DNA of 59,256 nucleotides from a virus (IMGVR_UViG_3300037510_000134), one strand, 5' to 3'; counted from the first letter of the stretch, positions 47,901-54,566 are shown. Translations and numbers: made by a program. Notes: a model not told the origin generated them from the letters alone.

Positions 47901-48788
47901 TGGTAGTGGCTTTTTGTTACGGCGGGATGCGGATGGACTCTGTACTCTCTTCCTCTTACCTAGTCCTAGACCGTTTTTTGTAGCCACCGAATAGCCGAGT
48001 AGTGATTACTAAGATTTGACTGCCACTCTTAATAGTATGGTCCAGTATCAGTGATCACACCCGACAGCAATTTCTTTTTATTAATAATTCCTACGTAATG
48101 CGACAATTGATCCGGGGCAATCAATTTAGCGTCGCATCACTTCTATACCCCGTTCTCAATTGCACGGATTTTGTTTGTCAATGCTTCTCTGCCTCCCACA
48201 TATGGAATCGCGCATTATCCGGTGTTTTAAGTCGGTAACGCCATTCCTCTTTAGTCTTACCCTTTATCCGGGCGAAATGCGCGGGGGGCTAAAGCAAGTG
48301 GTATTAACGGCTCCACCAAACTATATCCGTGACTTTCCATTCATTAATGGCGCATGGCTTTTTAAAGGTCTCTCCCCAGTACCTAAGAACCATGCTATTT
48401 AGGGGGAGCTATCAAACACAATTGGCGGGACTATTTTTCGCATTAGCGCTGTCCACACTGATAACCAATTGTGCGTTTAACGGGTCAAGCTTTCAGCACG
48501 CTTACCACGTGCCTAATCACAACTAGTAGGACGCGACTCCTACTAGCTAAGGTTGCACCTTATTGACCCTGGTAGGAATATCAGGAATTGAACCTGATCA
48601 GTGTAAAGTATCCGTAATGCATATAGGACACACTTAACCGGAAATGTTTCGCGGGCAGACAGGCTTTTAGTCCTAGTCTGTTTGTATTCGCAGGTACATT
48701 TACCCATTTAATCGCTTTGCTAACCGGCCGGTTTAGCTCTGCTCCCCATATCGCGGTTAATCACTTTGCTAGACCACTAGCTACTCCC
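47901..48788 (-). ncRNA. Candidate large ornate structured RNA (unassigned)
   Basis: About 900 nt with no credible ORF; more than 15 helices and several loop-loop complementarities; G-U pairs and T-loop/CCA orientation favour the minus strand. Confidence 0.65.
48570..48788 (-). ncRNA. 219-nt tRNA mimic with encoded CCA and a large structured insert
   Basis: GGGAGTA/TATTCCT-A-CCA acceptor stem, TCAGG-TTCAATT-CCTGA T arm, GCTAG-TGGT-CTAGC D-like arm. Confidence 0.7.
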
Positions 48789-48830
48789 TTAATGCGTGTA
48801 GGATGCGCATCCCCCTCTATCTAGCTATGC

Positions 48831-49031
48831 TCAATCAAAACTGTCAGAATCGATAGTAAAGCCACCCACTTGAACCCCAATACTCCCATCGGAGAGGTCA
48901 ACGGACAGTCCGCCGCCAATCCCCATTGAAAGGTCACCATCGGTGTTTAGAGTGAGATCACCAGCGTTGTCGTCATAACTCAGATCACGGTCAGGACGGC
49001 GACGGTTGGTGTTTCTGCGAGGATATGCCAT
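48831..49031 (-). CDS. Small protein with Arg-rich N-terminus and Gly/Asp beta-repeat
   Basis: RBS AAAGGA; lies between two tRNA-like RNAs. Confidence 0.8.
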   Translation of the reverse strand: MAYPRRNTNRRRPDRDLSYDDNAGDLTLNTDGDLSMGIGGGLSVDLSDGSIGVQVGGFTIDSDSFD

Positions 49032-49059
49032 ATGCGTTTCCTTTCTCTTAGCTAACGCG

Positions 49060-49159
49060 TGGGAACATAGGGAATCGAACCCTAAACCTTTTCTAAATAA
49101 AGTGCCTGCAAACTCGCCAGCAAATTACTAGAAACGCTCTTCCTTTGAGCTATGTTCCC
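49060..49159 (-). tRNA. tRNA-like gene with a 35-nt anticodon loop (atypical or pseudo-tRNA; anticodon not assignable)
   Basis: Perfect acceptor (GGGAACA/TGTTCCC), D arm (GCTC/GAGC), anticodon stem (TTTCT/AGAAA) and T arm (TAGGG-TTCGATT-CCCTA); the loop has 28 extra nt; no encoded CCA. Confidence 0.8.
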
Positions 49160-49192
49160 CCTGCGTATTTAACGTCCCGCCGGACATTCTAG

Positions 49193-49486
49193 CTATTCGC
49201 AATATCCGCTATTGAGAACACCATTTTGGATAGCAAGAGCATCCTTTCGGTTAAAGGATGTTTCTAGATATTCAGCTGTATTGACTTTGCGTGCATCTAG
49301 ATCACACACTGTGTCAGCTAGTCTCAGTATGCTTTCTCTGTCGCTGTAGCTGACACCGTTTGAGTCCAGATACTCAATCAACCTGTCTTGTCTCGTCTCG
49401 TTAAAGCTCAGACCCAGGAACACCACACCAATACCAAAGACAAGCACCACAACCGCAACTAGTGCGAACACCTTTCGTTTAGTCAT
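49193..49486 (-). CDS. Membrane-anchored protein (DUF732-like C-terminus)
   Basis: N-terminal TM segment; YLDSNGVSY..LADTVC..YC; RBS AGGAG; family assignment tentative. Confidence 0.7.
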   Translation of the reverse strand: MTKRKVFALVAVVVLVFGIGVVFLGLSFNETRQDRLIEYLDSNGVSYSDRESILRLADTVCDLDARKVNTAEYLETSFNRKDALAIQNGVLNSGYCE

Positions 49487-49549
49487 TTCCACTCCTATTT
49501 ATTTGTACCGCCACGTGTGCGTGATATGTATGCGCACCCCACTATTCAA

Positions 49550-49831
49550 TTAGAGAACGTCTAGCCAGGCTTGTGTCAATTCGTCAGGGTCATCCCCGCC
49601 GTCAACTTCAAACCCATATTCGATTTCTTCGCTGCGAGTCTTTATTCCCAACTCGTACAGACCTTCCGTGTAGTTGCCGAATAGCTGTGCAAGAACACAC
49701 AGGTAGAAATCGTCAATACACATAGTGTCCGGATTGATATCACGTCGCCAATTGTGATCAACGAAGTGTTCCTCTAAACGCTCAACACCACGTGCTACCC
49801 GCTCTGCGTAGGGATTCGCATATGTCGTCAT
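49550..49831 (-). CDS. Conserved phage hypothetical protein
   Basis: ERVARGVERL..CVLAQLFGNY..G; RBS GGAGG. Confidence 0.8.
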   Translation of the reverse strand: MTTYANPYAERVARGVERLEEHFVDHNWRRDINPDTMCIDDFYLCVLAQLFGNYTEGLYELGIKTRSEEIEYGFEVDGGDDPDELTQAWLDVL

Positions 49832-49983
49832 CAGTCCTCCAAATCATCAGTAGCAGCCTCACGCCAACTACGCGCCACGTCTCGCCACTCGCGACGTTCC
49901 CTAGCGCGCCTGTCCCTTGTGCGCGGACCTCTGATGACGCGCTCGGGCCTATCGGAAGACACTTGCGCGTTACGCCTATTCAT
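49831..49983 (-). CDS. Arg-rich microprotein
   Basis: Translated by hand, 50 aa with 15 Arg; RBS AAGGGG; TGATG coupling. Confidence 0.7.
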   Translation of the reverse strand: MNRRNAQVSSDRPERVIRGPRTRDRRARERREWRDVARSWREAATDDLED

Positions 49984-50012
49984 TCTTGACCCCTTAATCG
50001 TTTTTCATTTCG

Positions 50013-50119
50013 GCTGAATAGCCGACAGTGGGGAACAATTCCACTCGCACTCATAGTCACGGCTATTTTAGGTGTCTAACTTGAGAGACCGTGAATTGTT
50101 CCCACGACTGCCATTCAGC
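50013..50119 (-). other. Long intergenic stem-loop (possible RNA processing or regulatory site)
   Basis: GCTGAATGGC/GCTATTCAGC and GTGGG-AACAATTC/GAATTGTT-CCC(C)AC helices. Confidence 0.6.
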
Positions 50120-51293
50120 TATGGACAACACACCGCGTTAGAACTGTGGACTTCTGATCTTGCCACAATTCGTGTTTCTTCACTGTACCCGTGATTGTGT
50201 GCCATTCGTCGGTGACTGTTTCCCCTAGCTTGTCATCGCTTGCCCACCACTTAATCAAGTGACCATTGTCCGTGACCATGGTGTAAAGCGTGGCAGTCCC
50301 GAAATCGCCGGGATGCCACGAAATGTTTTTCACTTGAACCTTAAGGTTTCGCAAACGTTCTTTGACTGAACCAAGGAATTCATTCACCGTTTCTGACTTC
50401 TCACGCTCACGAATCAACGTGCGTTCACGGTGCTTTGCCCATGCTTGTGGAGCACTAACTACTAGCCCGAAATGTCTCGGGTCTACGGTGTCACTAGCAA
50501 GTGCCGTTTTCATGTTGAGCACATATTCAGTGTCACCGCTGAATTCATCCGACAGAATGAACTCACGCGTTTGGCGTGCCACGTCTAGGGATTCCTCCCG
50601 TAGCAGACCGTAGCGCTCCCTTAGGTCGCGTTGCTGCTTTGGCGTTGGGTCTAGGATCATCGAAACCATGTGCTTGGTAGGCGTCTTTTCCCAATCGCTT
50701 GCACGCACGTAACCGTCAAGCTTGATAGTTGCCCATGCAGCCGCTAGAACGCTCTCAGTGGCATAAGACCGTGGCCAATAGCCACCACCACCCAGAAACC
50801 CGTCAACATCCTCACGGACGCTTTCAGAGTCTAGGAACGTAGGCCGTACGCTCCACCCAAGGAAGTCCTTTAGGCACGTGCTACCGACCTGTAATTGCCT
50901 ACCGTCTTCGCTACCTACTAGGTAGCACTTGTTTCGGTTCCTGTGTTGCTTGCAGTGATCGCACTTGCCTTGTTCCACAAGCGAACGGTCTACGTGATCA
51001 ACACCCGGAGCAGTGTTCACAATCAATCCCGTATCAATGAAATCGACTGTCGCCAGCAAACGCCACCCGTTATAGCTAGGTGCCTCACCAGTAAGACGAG
51101 TCTTGTAAATGATTTCAGTGACGGGACCAATTGCGGTTTCTTTTTCCACTTCCTGTCGCTCATATACAAGCTCAACTTTGCCCGTAAAGCCTTTCTTTGC
51201 CGCCCGCGCATTCAGCTTTTCCACCTTTTCGCGGGTAGCGTTGAATTCCGCTGGCGTAAGTGACCAGTAGAATTCCTCGGTTTGTTCAGTCAT
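50115..51293 (-). CDS. Conserved phage protein with a Cys motif and possible C-terminal OB fold
   Basis: CDHC..RNR..YLV..QVGSTCLKDFLG; C-terminal ITGTVKKHELWQDQKSTVLTR. Confidence 0.85.
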   Translation of the reverse strand: MTEQTEEFYWSLTPAEFNATREKVEKLNARAAKKGFTGKVELVYERQEVEKETAIGPVTEIIYKTRLTGEAPSYNGWRLLATVDFIDTGLIVNTAPGVDHVDRSLVEQGKCDHCKQHRNRNKCYLVGSEDGRQLQVGSTCLKDFLGWSVRPTFLDSESVREDVDGFLGGGGYWPRSYATESVLAAAWATIKLDGYVRASDWEKTPTKHMVSMILDPTPKQQRDLRERYGLLREESLDVARQTREFILSDEFSGDTEYVLNMKTALASDTVDPRHFGLVVSAPQAWAKHRERTLIREREKSETVNEFLGSVKERLRNLKVQVKNISWHPGDFGTATLYTMVTDNGHLIKWWASDDKLGETVTDEWHTITGTVKKHELWQDQKSTVLTRCVVHS

Positions 51294-51310
51294 TGCTTTA
51301 TCCTCTCAAT

Positions 51311-51363
51311 TGAACAACCGACCCAATGTACATCCCCCAAAATGCACACTGGACTGTAATTCA
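51311..51363 (-). repeat. Conserved intergenic RNA element, copy 1
   Basis: TGAATTACAGT-[11-bp stem, GGGG loop]-TCGGTTGTTCA just upstream of an RBS. Confidence 0.75.
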
Positions 51364-51365
51364 AT

Positions 51366-51620
51366 TCAGTCACGCGGATATACATACACGCAATTGGTAC
51401 GCATGCCCGCCGTGTTGAATACCCATTCGATATGGTTACCCCTTTCGCAAGCTTCCTTAACAAAAGCTTGCCGACTTTCCCAACTAGGAAATTCAACTTC
51501 CCAAAAGGAAAGTCTCTCATCCTTGAAAGTGATTCGGCCGTTATGGGTTTCGATCAGTGGCCACCACTTGGCCAGCGGCATCATCATTTTCTCTTTCTGG
51601 TAGAGTGCCTTCCAAAACAA
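51366..51620 (-). CDS. Hypothetical protein
   Basis: ORF track; start uncertain. Confidence 0.65.
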   Translation of the reverse strand: MFWKALYQKEKMMMPLAKWWPLIETHNGRITFKDERLSFWEVEFPSWESRQAFVKEACERGNHIEWVFNTAGMRTNCVYVYPRD

Positions 51621-51659
51621 ACCACAGAATCAGGTTAATGATTCTGCATTCACAATCAG

Positions 51660-52064
51660 TCATCCAAAAATCACCTCACCAAACAAGGCAAGCTGTAGGA
51701 CAACATCCGCAGTGTCAGAGTCAAAATCGACACTGTCAATCGAGTCATGATCCCCGCTGAGTAGCAACCGTGCGTTCTCAACAATCACTGGTCGGTACCG
51801 ATCAGCATTGGCAACGATCAGCTTTAGGGTGTGCATGATCACCTCGTGATTGACCATGTGTGAACCCCAGAACTTACGCGGCACACCTTCCGCGTAATCC
51901 CGGTCCAGTTGGACGTATACGCGCCAATTGACCCACTTGCGGGGGTTGTCTCCCCATGAGTCATCCTGTGGTGTCTCAGAGCGATTCAGTCTCCACCACG
52001 GGTTGACCAAAGGTTCGGCACCCATGACGCACCAGTAAGTGTCAATGTGTCTGGTCATGATCAC
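51660..52064 (-). CDS. Conserved phage hypothetical protein
   Basis: C-terminal DTADVVLQLALFGEVIFG motif. Confidence 0.8.
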   Translation of the reverse strand: MIMTRHIDTYWCVMGAEPLVNPWWRLNRSETPQDDSWGDNPRKWVNWRVYVQLDRDYAEGVPRKFWGSHMVNHEVIMHTLKLIVANADRYRPVIVENARLLLSGDHDSIDSVDFDSDTADVVLQLALFGEVIFG

Positions 52065-52291
52065 TCCGCGTAGTAGAGAAAGTAACGCTTGGCGTTTGGG
52101 TCATCCGATATGTATTGAATCGGATTGTTTTGGTCCAGCACCAGGTTAATGTCTTCCTGAAATGCAGCGAATGTCGCACTCCAAGGCAATTCAACGATTC
52201 TTTCCCGATTGTCCAATGGACCAACCGGCCAGAACTCTCTAGCGTCAATCTCTTTGCCATTGTACTTGGCAATGATTTGTTCGATTGTCAT
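52061..52291 (-). CDS. Hypothetical protein
   Basis: RBS AAAGGGA; overlaps the next gene. Confidence 0.7.
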   Translation of the reverse strand: MTIEQIIAKYNGKEIDAREFWPVGPLDNRERIVELPWSATFAAFQEDINLVLDQNNPIQYISDDPNAKRYFLYYAE

Positions 52292-52303
52292 TCTATCCCT
52301 TTC

Positions 52304-52354
52304 TGAACAACCGAGTGACCATACGTCCCCGTACGCACAGTCAACTGTAATTCA
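52304..52354 (-). repeat. Conserved intergenic RNA element, copy 2
   Basis: Same flanks as 51311..51363 with a different but fully paired 11-bp stem. Confidence 0.75.
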
Positions 52355-52597
52355 GAAATCCCAGCCGCTATCGTATTGCTCGAAATCGTCTAACGGCTGA
52401 GGAACGAAGTTCTCGTCACGAATGTAGTTCACAAACGGGTAATAGCCAATTTGGTAATTGTTCCCGTTCGTTGTCATGTAGAAATGAAAACAGGCGAAAT
52501 CATCATCTGGATTGTCTCTGCCTATTTGGATTGTGATTTTGTCGTCTGCGAGAAATTCCGCGCAATCAGCAATGTATTGCTGCTCGGGGGATCGCAT
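52352..52597 (-). CDS. Hypothetical protein
   Basis: RBS AGGAG. Confidence 0.75.
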   Translation of the reverse strand: MRSPEQQYIADCAEFLADDKITIQIGRDNPDDDFACFHFYMTTNGNNYQIGYYPFVNYIRDENFVPQPLDDFEQYDSGWDF

Positions 52598-52606
52598 TGT
52601 TTACTC

Positions 52607-52906
52607 CTAGAACTTGAAATTGGGAGTCACGGTCATGACTACCGACGCGTTCAAGTCGGTAACACTGTCATTCTCTCGCAACTTGAATTCTGCGATGTTG
52701 GCTCGCCACACCATGAACCATTGCATAGCCTCAAACATCGTGGGGAAAACGATGTCCCAACGTCCCTGACTGTCGTCACCGTGAACACCAAAACCCTTAC
52801 CTTCCACGGTGAATCCCGCTTGCAGTCCGGCAATGTCCCACTCACCGGTGCTGTCCTGACCGGTGAGCATGACCACAAACATTTCGTCGTAAATGCCGTC
52901 ACGCAT
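52607..52906 (-). CDS. Hypothetical protein
   Basis: RBS AAAGGA, directly after tRNA-Arg. Confidence 0.75.
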   Translation of the reverse strand: MRDGIYDEMFVVMLTGQDSTGEWDIAGLQAGFTVEGKGFGVHGDDSQGRWDIVFPTMFEAMQWFMVWRANIAEFKLRENDSVTDLNASVVMTVTPNFKF

Positions 52907-52929
52907 TGCAATTTCCTTTCATCGGTGCG

Positions 52930-53003
52930 TGCCCCTTAATGGATTCGAACCATTGACCTACGGTTTAGAAGACCGTCGCTCTATTCCGCTGAGCTAAAGG
53001 GGC
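52930..53003 (-). tRNA. tRNA-Arg (anticodon UCU)
   Basis: Canonical cloverleaf; ACGGT-CT-TCT-AA-ACCGT anticodon arm; GGTTCGAATCC T loop; CCA not encoded. Confidence 0.95.
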
Positions 53004-53009
53004 CTTTAT

Positions 53010-53234
53010 TCAGTTTTTCCACACAAAGCTGATGTTGATATCTCCATCAAACGTTGTGTATGGCCATTTACGGGTAGTGAACCACCACTCAACAACCGGG
53101 ACGGAAAAAGCCACGGTTGCAGTTGAAATCAGCTCATCTTTTAAGGCAGCAAAAGCCCTATCGAGCTGTTCGCCCTCATAAAGAACCTTGGTGTTCGTGT
53201 CGTCACCGTTCGACTCAATTAAAACGAGCTGCAT
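53010..53234 (-). CDS. Hypothetical protein between two tRNA genes
   Basis: RBS AAAGG before ATG 53234; the track's longer form overlaps tRNA-Leu. Confidence 0.7.
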   Translation of the reverse strand: MQLVLIESNGDDTNTKVLYEGEQLDRAFAALKDELISTATVAFSVPVVEWWFTTRKWPYTTFDGDINISFVWKN

Positions 53235-53258
53235 TTTTGTACCTTTCATTTGGGACCG

Positions 53259-53331
53259 TGCCCCCTGTGCGATTCGAACGCACACTGTACGGATTTTAAG
53301 TCCGGTGCCTCTGCCGTTGGGCTAAAGGGGC
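53259..53331 (-). tRNA. tRNA-Leu (anticodon UAA), short variable loop
   Basis: GCCCCTT/AGGGGGC acceptor stem; CT-TAA-AA anticodon loop; GTGCG-TTCGAAT-CGCAC T arm. Confidence 0.93.
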
Positions 53332-53334
53332 GAT

Positions 53335-53715
53335 AACGTCTGTCAGATAATGTGGCGTGGCAACGGGCGGGAGTCAAAGACTGCAACCTGAACCCTAGCG
53401 CGATCACCCAGACAATTACCGTGACATCGTGTCTGTCACTTGCTTTAGGTTTTCCTTTTCAGCGTTTCCGCTTACTCGTTACTCACCTAGGGCCTTAGCT
53501 AGTCCCATGGAATGCTACTATGCCTCACCGTTCCACGCGGCTTATGTGTGTCGGCTCCGGTCCCATGCTCTATCGACCACGGGTGCTAATTCTGTCGGTA
53601 ACAGCATATGGGGGTAGTCCCCATTTTCACGCTACCGAGTGCTAACCGGTTCACCTTGTCCGAATCACACCCTTGCGGGTTGCGACATCCTCTTGCGAGG
53701 GGCCGATTCGGTCTT
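53335..53715 (-). ncRNA. Candidate structured leader RNA upstream of tRNA-Leu
   Basis: No credible ORF; three GNRA-capped hairpins and a multibranch domain closed by CCGAATC/GATTCGG. Confidence 0.5.
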
Positions 53716-54267
53716 ACTAGTTCCTAGCTTAGCAGGGTTGTCAAGTCCGATTCTCTGGGAATCTCAAACTCTCTAGCCCTTTGGTGTCTGGCCGGTGTTC
53801 CGCTTGGCCTGACAGGACAAACATTAGACGACGTCAATACCCTCTTTGACCTGCATGGTTCTATAAAAGCCCAGGTCAAACCATACGTAAATGATCTTCA
53901 AACTTTCCCAAAGTCGTTTGCACGTGTTAATTGTGCTGGTCAGAGACCTAACCGTTTGGTTAGGTGTGCTTACACAGTACCTATATACACGGGAGGATTT
54001 GCATATGTGAACGTGGGTACTGGCCTGCGGAACTGCTCAGCATGCCCGTAAATGGCCCTGATTTGGCCGCTGGCAGCCTAAAAGGCTTGCCGGGTACAAC
54101 CACCCTGCCTAGCTCTCGATAGGCCGTTAGCGTGGATCGAAGCAGGTCACAGGGGATACACAACACCGTTATAACGCCGACCAAGATCGTTTGATGACTT
54201 AATAACGAACCATTCGGTTTGTTGGTAAATTTCCCACAAGACCACGTTGTTGGTTAAAAACAAACCA

Positions 54268-54300
54268 CGCCCGTGGTTGGTAACTGCCCAACCACGGGCG
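54268..54300 (-). terminator. Perfect 13-bp inverted repeat, probable terminator
   Basis: CGCCCGTGGTTGG-N7-CCAACCACGGGCG with a T-rich tail on the minus strand. Confidence 0.7.
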
Positions 54301-54566
54301 GAAGTTCGTGAAATGGAGTGGAAAACACCCCTTTACGATTCTGGCCATTTCAACGAGGGGATTACGATCCGAAGTTTTTAGACCCAGGAATATTCAATAT
54401 ATTACGATTTCATGTTTTTACGACAGAGGATAAAAATAGTGACGTTGTCAGTAGTCTTAATAGACTTATTCTAAAGGGTGAATGTATTACTCAACACCTA
54501 TCAGGTTATAATATATAATACTACGAACCACATAGCTTTTGGGATTGTTGTTATTTAGAGCTGCCC

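Noticed and set aside
47901-48345. RNase P RNA (GGAAAGTC and AACAAAAAGCC echoes)
   Set aside because: Only partial matches; the P4 pseudoknot could not be formed.
47498-48526. Track ORFs 47498..47764, 47604..47873, 47731..47994, 48160..48402 and 48329..48526
   Set aside because: A better RBS-supported 58-aa gene occupies 47710..47886, and the rest overlap the structured RNA without RBS or protein-like features. The 3' part of 47498..47764 could still be coding.
48425-48685. Group I intron core (CAGACTA and AAAATAGTCC resemble the R and S elements)
   Set aside because: The two motifs are separated by the T arm and CCA, no P/Q elements or P3 could be placed, and local alternative pairings explain both.
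48570-48788. Calling this RNA a tmRNA (GCG AAT ACA AAC AGA = ANTNR resembles the start of the Streptomyces tag)
   Set aside because: No G3-U70 pair, only 219 nt, and that frame has no ALAA-like end or stop before the T arm; the segment after the CCA does not pair as a permuted 5' piece.
49060-49159. Y RNA (YrlA) or tRNA-Ala reading the internal TGC
   Set aside because: The ends lie in a normal acceptor stem rather than a permuted one, and TGC is not in a 7-nt loop closed by a stem.
53335-53500. Hammerhead ribozyme, group II domain V or tmRNA 3' end (GACTCCCGCC..CCA)
   Set aside because: No CUGANGA core, no proper domain V helix, and the would-be T stem does not pair.
53429-54518. Track ORFs 53429..53617, 53981..54184 and 54318..54518
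   Set aside because: Weak or absent RBS, atypical composition, and located in motif-rich boundary DNA; not supported.
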